DNA of 63,935 nucleotides, counting the filler, from Dimargaris cristalligena (lineage: Eukaryota): the NCBI GenBank assembly GCA_003614675.1. It is 26 parts of 26 records of this genome, joined end to end, with 100 filler letters (N's around TTAATTAATTAA, not from the genome) between each part and the next. Parts side by side here need not be neighbours in the genome. Positions count along the whole stretch, not along the records: positions 49,538 to 51,898 come from ML004242.1; positions 51,999 to 54,248 come from ML004243.1; positions 54,349 to 56,707 come from ML004244.1; positions 56,808 to 59,166 come from ML004245.1; positions 59,267 to 61,625 come from ML004246.1; 21 more parts are not named here. One strand, given 5' to 3'. A program made the position numbers and the translations under genes. Positions 50,085 to 61,725 of this stretch are shown here, one piece after another (position 1 is the first letter of the stretch; each line of letters starts with the position of its first letter). The notes under the pieces are model-generated. The model had not been told where the DNA came from. It saw nothing but the letters and a program-made list of their open reading frames with translations, and did no database searches.

Positions 50085-51898
50085 ATGATCGACTCGGGTT
50101 CGAATAATCCTTCCTTGAGCTTCTGCTTTCCTGTGGTCCCAGCGAACCACCAGCCCTCCACTGATCTACCCCTCGAAAGGCCCCGCGTCGCTCTTGTGGG
50201 CTACGCCGCCTTGGCAAACAACCTTTGGTTTTCCGATCTGAAGCCCTTCCATCGGGACAACTTTGAACGAAGCAGCCAGCTAGCCACGGCTATTATCCTA
50301 AGTCGCTACTACCGCCAGCCTGCGATTGCCTTTGCCCACTGGCAAGGTCTGGTCGGACCAATGGACGTCGTTGACCTGTCTCCAAAGAAACTACGGCTTG
50401 TTCTTGCCGATGTGATCCCCGACACCCCTGTCTCCGCTGCCATCCTGCAAACCCATGTACCTGGCCCTCTCTCTGATCCATCCAATTCTCCTGGCCCAGT
50501 GGTCGAAGTCATTCTCCACACTGATGTAGATGGCACCGGAGTGATCCGTTCCCTGTCGAAATCCGGAAGCAGTCACAGTCGACCCGAGGAGGTTGAGACA
50601 GATCCGCATATCACTGATCTATTGGCCAGAAGCACCACCCATCTGGCCATTAGTTGCGCATTTTACCAGGGGCAGGCCCAGGTCACAGTGACTTATGCCC
50701 GAGCCCTATACCGCGATTCTGCCGTGGCGGAGTTCATCAGCCAGTTTGGAACTATCTTCTCGGCTGTTTCCCGGACATCGGAGAGCAACCAGTCCACCCT
50801 TATACGCGATATTCCGTGGGTTAGCGACCAGGAAAAAATCCGCCTCTTAGATTTCTCCCAAATGACTAAGCCAATCCAGGGAGATTACCGGCCTTTCCAC
50901 CACCGTTTCAGTGACTGTGCCAAACACTTTCCGGACCATCTTGCCCTGGTCCACGGTCGTGAAGAATGGACCTACGCCCAGCTAGACTACGCCAGTTCGG
51001 AACTGGCCAGAGTTCTAGTAAATCAATACGGGGCTCGCCCTGAGGTTCGGTTTGCGCTGCTTATCCCCAGGTCAATTGCCTATCATATGACCATTCTGGC
51101 TGTACTCAAGTCAGGGGGTGCCTACGTACCCCTTGACCCCAACTATCCCGCTAATCGCATCCAGTTCGTCCTAGAGGACAGTGACGCTTCGCTGTTAATT
51201 GTTGCTGAATCAGTACTCGGGAGTGTCCCCGGCCAGCTCCAGGTACCCACCATGACTGTGGATCAATTCGTCCAGCAGCCTGTATTTACTGAACCTTCTG
51301 GCTTCCGGTCATTCCCCTCGTCACCGAAAGATTTGGCCTACATAATCTATACCTCCGGGACCACTGGTCGCCCCAAGGGCGTCTTGATTGAACACCGAGG
51401 TGTGGCCAATTTATCCACCGATCAGTTGTTAGGGAGCACCTACGGGCCGGGTCGCCGCGCTCTCCAAACCGGATCGGTTGCATTTGATGGTGTTCTTGCA
51501 AACACCCTTCGATCATTTTCCTCTGGCAGCACTCTTGTGGTCTCGACAGATAACCTACTGGAAGACTTGCGGAATGTCAATACGGGGTTTCTTACAACCT
51601 CATTTCTATCTCGCTTGAACCCTCTAGAATTTCCGGAGATGAACACAATTGTTGTTGGCGGGGAAGCTCTGCTACCAGAGCAGCAAGCCCTCTGGGCACC
51701 CCACTGTCTCCTAGCAAACTATTACGGTCCAACAGAAGCCACCGTCTACTCCAATGTAGCGTTTATCGGCCCGGGTGACGATATTACAATCGGTAGGCCT
51801 ATCCACAATGTCTTCAATCTAGTGGTTGACAATGAACTTCAGTTAGTGCCCGTCGGGGTTCCCGGTGAACTCCTCATTGGCGGTGTGGGTGTGGCCCG
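50085..51898 (+). CDS. Non-ribosomal peptide synthetase, copy 1 (degenerate C-domain C-lobe + adenylation domain), 3'-partial
   Basis: A1 WTYAQLD, A2 LKSGGAYVPLDP, A3 LAYIIYTSGTTGRPKG, A4 FDG, A5 NYYGPTE, A6 GELLIGGVGVA; YARALYRDSAVAEF resembles the C-domain end. Confidence 0.93.
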
Positions 51899-52000
51899 NN
51901 NNNNNNNNNNNNNNNNNNNNNNNNNNNNNNNNNNNNNNNNNNTTAATTAATTAANNNNNNNNNNNNNNNNNNNNNNNNNNNNNNNNNNNNNNNNNNNNCC

Positions 52001-54248
52001 GCCAATAGCAGCGCGACCCCAGTTGCTAGCCCTGCCCCTACCCCCGCGCCTGTAGAGACGATCAAAGAAAAGGGAACTACCTCGTCCTATTTGGACCAAT
52101 ACCGTAAACTCTCCGCGTCGGGACGGGACTTAAAATTGCCCAGTAGTGAACCCGCCTCGTCCCTGGTGTCGGCATCTGCTGCGATTTCGACTTCGGGGCA
52201 CCTCGCCCCGCCCGCGTCGTCTTTCGCGTCGTTGTCACCCCCGGGGTCGGCTGTCTCACCTAACCCAATGCCCAAACGGACGCGGGCTGGTACCTCGTCC
52301 AGCACCAACGTACTGGACAATCTCCTGCGGTCAATGACGGGTGGCAAGGCCCGTACTACCGTGACCAGTAAGCCCGAGGATACCCCCACCGAAACCAAGA
52401 AATCCGACGATACATCCGATGCAGCCAAACGCATCGCCGCCAAATTTAGTCAAATGAATGCCAAAAACCGCGGGGGCTTTCCGGCTGGTATGGTGGCATC
52501 GACAGGGCCCGGTCGGGACACCCCGTCCATTCCTGCCGTGGCGTCCGCGAGTCCTATTACGGCCACTTTTGCCCCATCGTCGGTTGGATCAGGTAATGGC
52601 CATGGGCCAGCTTCGACCCAGGGCAATGGAACGGCCTCCGGCTTTGCCAAACGGCGGGACTCCGCCACTACCGTCCCCTCGTACAGCTCCTACCGAGGAT
52701 CACAGCCGGCCATTTCCTTGCTTCCTGCCGTATCCTCCAAACGGCCGCGGACGGGCCGAAAGGTGTGGTTCGCAACCGATGATGAACTCTGTCAAGTGAA
52801 AGAGTTTTATCGGAGCCATCCTGCTGATTTTTCGGTTCCGGATTGGAGCCAAAACGCGGAGGAGGATGCCCATGCCCAAGGCGATTATATAGATGTGGAC
52901 TCGAATGGCCAAGACGAGGATGGCATGGATACGTTGGAGTTGATACAACGACAAACCCCGCACGAGTTTGGTAACGCCCGGGACTTGGACCGTAAGGAGG
53001 GGCTACTCGCCTTCCGCCAGGCTCGCCGACCTACCGAGGTAGCCGGCGCATGGTATCCACCCCGGCCAGTGGCCCTGGACAAGGAAGCCCAGGGTGAACT
53101 GATCCAATTCCGTTTATGGTGGGGCAAGGAGAGTGTCGAGCGGGACCGGGAGGTCGAACGGGAGCGCAAGGTCCTATCGGTCAATTATCCGACCAAAGAG
53201 AAAATTCCCGCGAGTCCGGCGTCGCCCGTACCTGAAGTCCGGGCCCTGATTGAGAATACGGCCGCTCACCCGCCCCCTAAAATCCTACCCTTTATGGATT
53301 CCCAGACCATTCAACTGCTATCCCAAAGCCCGGTGGGCGGTGGGGCGATGTCAGGTGGGGGGGTCCTGGGGTCACCATTAGTGCAACAACAGCAGCTGTC
53401 ACCCCAATACCAACCGGCCCAGGGGTATGCCCAGTCGGCCGTCGATTATGGTGCAGCACCCATGACCGTAGATCCTGCGAATACCACGGCCCAGTCGCTT
53501 AGTAGCTTGATGGAGGAGCTGGCCGGTCCTGCAACCTCGTCCGCTCCCCAACCGGCCCCTCTTATGGTTGGAGGCGCTACGCCGGAGATGACCGCAGCTC
53601 CACCAATGGCCGCATCTGCCTCGAACCCGGCTGCCTTGTCTAATCTAGCTGGTATGTTAAGCAACCCGCAGCTGCTCATGCAGATGCTCACCCTTCTCAA
53701 TGGTGCTTCGGGGGGTGCTGCCCAACAACAACAGCAACAGCAGCAACTCACCAACACCCAAGCCATCCTGGCTCAGCTTCAAACGGCGAATCTATTGAAC
53801 TCGGCCAATCAAGTATTGGGGCAGTCCATCATGGGTGCCACCCCGAACCCTGCAACATCGATGGCGGGGTCTGCGAATGACCAGCCGTATATGGCGACCC
53901 AATCTACCGCGCCCACCACCGCCAACCCCACTACTACTACTACTTCCCACCCGAGCCATAAGCGTCCCCACGGCGGCCCGGCTTTCAAAAACAAAAAGGG
54001 TAAATTCCGTCACGGTAGTCATGACGGGGTAGCCGCCGGTCCCAACGGCCAAATGTTACCCCCGCCCCCGGCACAGGCTTCCGCGGATTCCCCCAACGGG
54101 AGCGGCGACCCCCATAATCCATTCGCCGACTATACCGGAGGTAGTGGAGGACCACCCTCGCAGTTTGATGGACCAAGCCAGCCGAAATGGAAAAAGAATA
54201 TCCCTTGTAAATTCTTTTTTGGCAAAGGATGTCAGCGCGGTGAGTCGT
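52001..54248 (+). CDS. PP1 nuclear targeting subunit (PNUTS/PPP1R10/Ppn1-like), partial at both ends
   Basis: RVxF-type RKVWFATDDELCQVKEF; WYPPRPV; GKESVERDRE...VNYP..IPASPASP; C-terminal CCCH finger PCKFFFGKGCQRGES. Confidence 0.8.
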
Positions 54249-54348
54249 NNNNNNNNNNNNNNNNNNNNNNNNNNNNNNNNNNNNNNNNNNNNTTAATTAA
54301 TTAANNNNNNNNNNNNNNNNNNNNNNNNNNNNNNNNNNNNNNNNNNNN

Positions 54349-55824
54349 TTTAATAGTTTTCTCGTGGCTGGGGTTACCCTGCTCTACCATGGTGATAAAA
54401 ATCGATTTGGGATGACGGGCCCGCCCGCGGGATTGGATATAGGCGATTACGGTATGGAAAAGATCGAAGCGAATCACCACATTACAAGCCTGGATATCCA
54501 AACCCTCTTCGCCTACCGCCGTAGCGACCAGCAGGTTCAATTCCCCGCTGCCGAAGCTCTGTATACAGCGCTGTTGGGCCTTGTACCGGGTCCCTAGTCC
54601 CTGGTTAGTGGTGGATACCGACTGCCCGATCAGCAAACCCGGCCGGAGGAAGCCCAGACGGGCTGTGTCCCGAATCAAACGGTGGACGAAGTAGGCCGTC
54701 AAACGCCGCTGAATAAACACAATGCCGCGAAAGACATCGGTCCGATGTTGGAAGGTGGCTAGCACATCAATTAACTTCATCGCTTTCGGGGTCAGCCGGA
54801 GGCCCGTGTAGGGCCGACTGGCCGACTGGGCGTCGTAGCGCTGAATCAGGCCAGTCAGAATGAGATGGGAATGTGGTTTTAGGGGTCGGAAGCCCTCACT
54901 AGTTCGACCTTGCTGAGGATCGGTGGTGGGGGTAGACTGGGCGAGGGTACGCCAAAAGGTATCAGCCCCCCAAACACCGAGTTCCTCCAACAGGCCATCG
55001 GCATTGGTGATTAATGAATTGAACCCCGGGTGCTCCGAAAGGGGCACCTTAAGATAGCCGTGGAGACAGTTGGCTAGGTGAGGGGTGGCCATGGCCACCT
55101 CATAGGTTACCTTGGCTTCGCGGGGTTTATTAAGGACCCGCTCCAGCATGGCGCTGGGAACGGTGAATATCCGGGACTGTAGATTTTCCTCAAGGGTTCG
55201 GGCGCACAGTTCGATGCTGGCCTTTAGGCACAGCGGCGAGGCGGTCAGGCCAAATATGCGGGGCCGGGTGGCCGGGGGTTCGCGTTTATAAAATTCGACC
55301 ATGATACGGTTGTACGGGTGGGCCTTACGGGCGTGGTGGCATTCGTCAAAGACCAGCAGGTGGAACTGGTCCAGGCGAAGAAAGGCGTGGCGGAGGGCGT
55401 CCAAGAATACCTGGGCCGTCATGACAAAGACGTCGCTCCGCTGGCAGTAGTGGTCCCAATGACTGGCGTTCCAATTATCAGCCCCCATGTCCCCACAAAA
55501 GGCATTGACCCGAAGTCCGGACTGGGTTTGAATCGCCCGAGACTGCTGCACAACCAGCGGGACCAAATTGACCAGAAACACGCTCAAACGCCGTTCGGGA
55601 AGGGGGAGCCCGGCCGTCGGGGGCGGCATTGGGACAGCCGCCCCAGTGGCAGCAAAGTGCTGAATTAGCATGGTAGCAATAAACGTCTTGCCTGCCCCGG
55701 TGTCGAGAACCACAATGGTGTTGCACTGGAGGGCGGCCTTGAACAAGGCAATTTGGTACTCGCGGGCGTTAAAGGACGCGGGGGCAGCGCTCACCGCGGC
55801 CGGGGTTTCGTCGTTGGACACCAT
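54349..55824 (-). CDS. Dicer-like protein, N-terminal DExD/H helicase region, 3'-partial
   Basis: AREYQ...NTIVVLDTGAGKT, VFDECHHARKAHPYNRIM, RIFGLTASP, ATAVGEEGLDIQACNVVIRFD, YIQSRGRAR. Confidence 0.92.
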
Positions 55825-57469
55825 TCCAAGGGGTGGGCAGTAGGAATGGTAGGGGTGGGATAGTTAAAATTACTATAGCATACCCCAGAGGCAAATATAA
55901 TAACGAGGCAGATGGGGAGGGGGGTTACTAGAGAAAAGTGTCAAGGAAGCGAGTTGAGAAGGATGGGTGGGCCATGGGGGCTCGGAAGCCGGGCAGGCCT
56001 AATATACCCATCGCCAGTTGCCAGCGACTTTTGGGGCTCTGGTGTGGGAAAGGCGGGGCGTCAAACGGCCAGCTAGGTCATGGCCACACCCAACCTACTT
56101 GCCCTCAACGAGGCGCGTGCCTCTCCTCCTCTATATACCCAGTTGCCATAGGTTTGGTAGGCTATAAGACTATAGGCTTTCATCAGTTGCTAATGAACCC
56201 TGTCAACAGCGCAGCGTCAGTCTTCGTCAATAAAGCCTTCCGTCTGGTTGGAACCTTTCACCGGGGTGGGGGCGTCTTCCAATGCACCCAAATGGGAACT
56301 AGTCTATACCGGAAGACGCAGTTATTACCATACAAAGCGAGCAATAAACAGTTCAGACCCGCCACTTTTAAGCCGCCCCTTCCAAATACATTCACAATCA
56401 AATCGCTCTGAGCTCGACCCATTTGCCTTGACGGGTTCAATTATGAAGGCCTGCTGCTCCCTCCCGGCCAATTCGGATAGCTATCCCTTCAACACGCCTA
56501 TAGAACAGCGGTTCTGAAATGACACGTCTCATTTAAACAGGCGGTACCAGCAGTTAGAATCGAACCAAGAGAGGGAGGGGGCTTGTCCAGCCGCACCAAC
56601 TAGTCTTCGTCAAGGGCGTATAGCCCCCCCCCCCCCATCCACCGTTTGACGAGACAGGCAGGGCACGATTGATAAATATTACGAAAAGAGAGGGGGGACT
56701 GGTAAAANNNNNNNNNNNNNNNNNNNNNNNNNNNNNNNNNNNNNNNNNNNNTTAATTAATTAANNNNNNNNNNNNNNNNNNNNNNNNNNNNNNNNNNNNN
56801 NNNNNNNATTCAGTATAGGAATAGTCCTTTAATAAGTAGTGGAAAGTAGCTTTAAAGTATTGAAAAATAGTAAAAAGTAGTTAAAGAAAGGCAATTTTTT
56901 ACTAGTCCGGTTGCCAGACATCAATTTACATAGTACACTTTTTTTTTGGCTTTCCCAAGTCATTATTCATAGAGTAATTATAGGTCTTATGATTGATCAC
57001 AGGGTCGGGGATCATTTTTCCCTCATTTTAAAAAAAAGTCCCATCAATCTACCTATTTCCCATTTCGATAAAAAAAATAGTCCTGCTACATCAATTGGAA
57101 CTTTCATTCAAACCATTATATAGCTTGATTGAACTTCTCCCATATACTGTTACCATTGGATATTGAATTTGGGCAGGTTCCAAATGACATAATCATTGTC
57201 ACTGTCTGGAGTTCAACTAGGTTTCAACCACTTGGCCTGGAGGCTATATGTTTCACTGGGTAGTATTTTGTAAGTACCAGCATTAGTGTTGACAATGCCA
57301 CCTACAAAACACCAGGTGTATGGATTGCTAGCTGGTTCCCAATTGTGCCGCATGTAAGGATTGGCCCCATAGATGGCCTGTCAGTAGAGAGCAGTTCCAT
57401 TTGCTAGGACAGAGGTAACATTAATAAGAAGCATGACCAAGTTGAAAATCTGTTGGAAGGTAAACATGT

Positions 57470-58226
57470 ATAACCTGGGACATCTGGCCTATTGTTAGCA
57501 GCCTTCAGGATTTGCGAGGAGGCAGTGGCCTCCTTATCAACATGGCCTGAAGTTATGGTGGCCAGCTCCCTGGTGGCAGAAGATGGGAGGTTCACGGAGT
57601 GGGATGAGACCAAGGCAGAATTGGACACTGACATGGTGGGTTTTCAGAGGGGGTGGGTGGTCAGTGGATTGGACAGAGGATGGGGGGGGAGGATATAATA
57701 AATGATGTGAAAGTTTTATTAAAAATAAATATAAAAACAGTGATGTTAAATGATAAGAAATAATCAATAAAAAAATTGGGACTGAGTTCAAGGGATAGTG
57801 GAATTTGAGCTTCAAATAAAACGAGTGATGATTGATGTTCCAAATAAGTGGGAATTCACTGACTACTTATGTAGCCATCCCATGGGCCTTAGGGGCTGCT
57901 GGGTGCAAGGAAAAGGTTGTAGAGAAAAGGTTGAGAAATAGAACAAGATGGAATGATAGGGAATCCACTGAAAAATAGGTCAGACTTTTAGATATAAGGG
58001 AAAAACAGTGGGCTTTTTAATGCAAACTACAAGTATAAAGAAATGAATAATATTTTGTTAGCTTTTGGTGTGTGCCACAGTGTAGGCAGTATATATATAT
58101 AAATATTTGTAGGTTAATGGCAGGAGTGATACTGCCATTGCATGTTACGGCATATTCTGCCCTCTGACAATGAGGACTGGCTGTCCATAGTCCAGGGATA
58201 AGTACCGACCTCCGGATGGCACTACA
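57470..58226 (+). mobile_element. Family F: 3' end of an LTR retrotransposon (ORF end, purine tract, LTR ending ...ACTACA)
   Basis: Homologous to the reverse complement of 13208-13910. Purine run near 57676-57693 and a CA terminus at 58226. Confidence 0.6.
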
Positions 58227-58345
58227 AACCTGGGATTATCATTATTGACCATGGTAAAGGTGGGTAGGGCACCAGCAGTAGGCTTTTTGGAAGGACTCCA
58301 AAAAGCAGGGTAGCTGGGGGAGGAGGGTAGAGGAAGGATAGGTAG

Positions 58346-59050
58346 TCAATCAATACTATCCTTCATACCCATCATGGGGTAGGTGCAGTAGATCATGGTT
58401 GTTCCTCTAACCATAGCATAACTTAGAAAGAACCCATATATCATGTAACTATTGCTAGTAATATTTGTGGTAGCTATCTTAATATTAGCTATGTAGTTAT
58501 TGTTGGGTAGCATACTGCTTGTATAGGGAGAATTAACATAGGTGACATCAAGGCCCTCTGCCATTGTTTGGGGTGTCATGAGAAGATTCTTGTTTGAATC
58601 ATATACAGTATACTGTCAACAATTAATGTAAAACATACTAAAATTGTATGTGGCTGGTCCATTGTTAGATATACCAATAGAAAATGACTGGAAGCCAGCT
58701 ATAGGACCCTTGGCCTTTAAGTTCATTAGAGGGATGGAGGTATAGGTGTGCACATGTAAATCATCAAACAGCTTACCCATGGCAAGACTGCCTCCTCCCT
58801 GGATGGCTGGTAGATATGGTTTATCCAAGTCATACAGCACCAAAGCATGCTCCACCAGCATATCAGATACTCAGGTAACTGATACATCTGGTAGATGTTG
58901 GAATATAAGAGCAAAATAACCAGTGATGTAAGGGGATGCCATGGAGGTACCCAAGAGTGCAGTATAGGAACTGAGATTGACAGGATAGGTGGATGTTATG
59001 ACAGGCTAGAAATAAGACCAGGTACCACAGGATGGACGGGACTTTGAAGG
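58346..59050 (-). pseudogene. S8 subtilase relic (catalytic-Ser region and C-terminal domain)
   Basis: STYPVNLSSYTALLGTSMASPYITGYFALIF, with GTSMASP at 58951-58931; stops downstream; nearly CpG-free. Confidence 0.85.
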
Positions 59051-59811
59051 ATGGGAATGGGTTTATTAGACTAAATATTAGAAAAGACAAAACAAAAGAG
59101 AAGTTGCAAGCTGTAAAGAACTGAAATCAAATCCTTGAAAACTGAACTTTATTTGAAAAGATAGATNNNNNNNNNNNNNNNNNNNNNNNNNNNNNNNNNN
59201 NNNNNNNNNNTTAATTAATTAANNNNNNNNNNNNNNNNNNNNNNNNNNNNNNNNNNNNNNNNNNNNATCACTGACAAAGTATTGCCTGGCCTTTTTTAAT
59301 TGGATTGGTACATTGGATCATAACAGACGTAGCAATGTTTTGCCCTATGTCCCATTTAGGTAGAGGACACACCCCATATTAGCTGTTCACGCAGGGGAGC
59401 ATCAATAATTGGATATATCAAGTATGTAATAAAACTAATATGCGTTGGACTTTACTAGTGAATGCGACACGGGGCTTGCTTATTAGTAACTGGTCGGGAT
59501 GACTAGGCCAAAGAACCTCCACCGAAAACAGTTTTAAACTGGGGGACCGACGGCTCCATAGCCAGTCTACCCTCCCGGATTAATGCGAAACAGTTCCCCT
59601 GGAAACTCACATAATAGCTACTCATGTACGGGAATATATAAGTAGTCTCCAACATCATTGCCGCCGAAATTTTACTCAAGTCCCCGACTTATCATCACCG
59701 CCGACAAAATTGGTATAGCTTGCCCACGATTATATACTTATTAAGATTGCCATTATTTTCACGGATTTACCCTATTTTTGGATTTGCTATCCAAATTCTG
59801 ACTTATCCGCG

Positions 59812-61625
59812 ATGATCGACTCGGGTTCGAATAATCCTTCCACAATCCTGCGCTTTCCCATGGTTCCAGAGGACCACCAGCCCTCCACTGATCTACCCCT
59901 TGGGAAGCCCCGCGTCGCTCTCGTGGGCTATGCCGCCTTGGCGAACAACCTTTGCTTTTCCGATCTGAAGCCCTTCCATCGGGACGACTTTGAACGAAGC
60001 AGCCAGCTAGCCACGGCTATTATCCTAAGTCGCTACTACCGCCAGCCTGCGATTGCCTTTGCCCACTGGCAAGGTCTGGTCGGACCAATGGACGTCGTTG
60101 ACCTGTCTCCAAAGAAACTACGGCTTGTTCTTGCCGATGTGATCCCCGACACCCCTGTCTCCGCTGCCATCCTGCAAACCCATGTACCTGGCCCTCTCTC
60201 TGATCCATCCAATTCTCCTGGCCCAGTGGTCGAAGTCATTCTCCACACTGATGTAGATGGCACCGGAGTGACCCGTTCCCTGTCGAAATCCGGAAGCAGT
60301 CACAGTCGACCCGAGGAGGTTGAGACAGATCCGCATATCACTGATCTATTGGCCAGAAGCACCACCCATCTGGCCATTAGTTGCGCATTTTACCAGGGGC
60401 AGGCCCAAATCACAGTGACTTATGCCCGGGCCCAATACCGCGATTCAGCTGTGGCAGAGTTTACCAGTCAGTTCGGAACTGTCTTCTCGGCTGTTTCCCG
60501 GACACTGAAGAGTGATCAGCCCGCCCTTGTGCGAAATATTCCGTGGGTTAGCGGCCAGGAAAAAGCCCGCCTCTTGGACTTCTCCCAAATGACTAAGCCA
60601 ATCCAAAGCCCCGATCGCCCTATACATCACCTCTTCAGCGACTGTGCCAAACGTTTTCCTGACCAGCTTGCTCTGGTCCACGGCCGTGAAGAATGGACCT
60701 ACGCTCAGTTGGACTACGCTAGCTCTGAACTGGCCCGAACTCTAGTACAGCAGCACGGGGCCCGACCAGAAGTTCGGTTTGCGCTGCTTATTGCCAAGTC
60801 AGTCGCTTATACTGTGGCCATTCTGGCCGTGCTCAAGTCGGGGGCCGCTTATGTACCCCTCGACCCGGATTACCCCGCCGATCGAATCCAGTTTGTCCTT
60901 GAAGACAGCGTCGCTTCAGTGTTAATGGCTACTGAATCGCTACTCGGGAGTGTCCCCAATCAGCTTCAGATACCCACAATATCGGTAGATCCATTTATCC
61001 TGATGCCTGTACTTACGGAGCCTTCCGACTTCCAGCCTTTCGCCTCATCCCCCAGTGATTTGGCATACGTAATCTACACCTCTGGAACAACCGGTCGACC
61101 CAAGGGCGTTTTGGTCGAACACCGAAGTGTAGCTAATATGTCTACTGATCCATGTTTAGGAGACGCCTATGGCCCCGGCCGGCGCGCCCTCCAGTCCGGA
61201 TCCATTGCTTTTGACGGGGTTCTTGCAAATACATTTCGGCCCCTTTGCACCGGTAGTACTGTTGTGGTCTCGACAGACAACCTGGTAGGAGACTTACGCA
61301 ATGTAAATACGGGGTTACTTGTCACCTCATTCTTATCTCGCTTGAATCCCCTAGACTTTCCTGAAATGAGTACACTCGTTACCGGAGGAGAGTCCCTGCT
61401 TCCAGAGCAACAGGCCCGGTGGGCACCCTACTGTCTTTTAGCAAATCACTATGGACCAACAGAAACCACGGTCTACTCTAACGTGGCGTTAATTGGGCCA
61501 GTTGACGATATTACCATCGGTAGGCCGATCCGCAACGTTTTCAATCTTGTGGTCGACGATGACCTTCAGATAGTGCCCGTCGGGGTTCCCGGTGAACTCC
61601 TCATTGGCGGTGTGGGTGTGGCCCG
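59812..61625 (+). CDS. Non-ribosomal peptide synthetase, copy 2 (twin of 50085-51898), 3'-partial
   Basis: Same architecture and A1-A6 motifs (LAYVIYTSGTTGRPKG, NHYGPTE, GELLIGGVGVA). Confidence 0.93.
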
Positions 61626-61725
61626 NNNNNNNNNNNNNNNNNNNNNNNNNNNNNNNNNNNNNNNNNNNNTTAATTAATTAANNNNNNNNNNNNNNNNNNN
61701 NNNNNNNNNNNNNNNNNNNNNNNNN

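Noticed and set aside
49538-61625. Apparent gene cluster NRPS-PNUTS-Dicer-subtilase-NRPS
   Set aside because: Separate contigs ordered by length, so the synteny is meaningless.
2403-61725. Regularly spaced TTAATTAATTAA palindromes resembling an array
   Set aside because: Artificial concatenation linkers embedded in Ns; not CRISPR and not biological.
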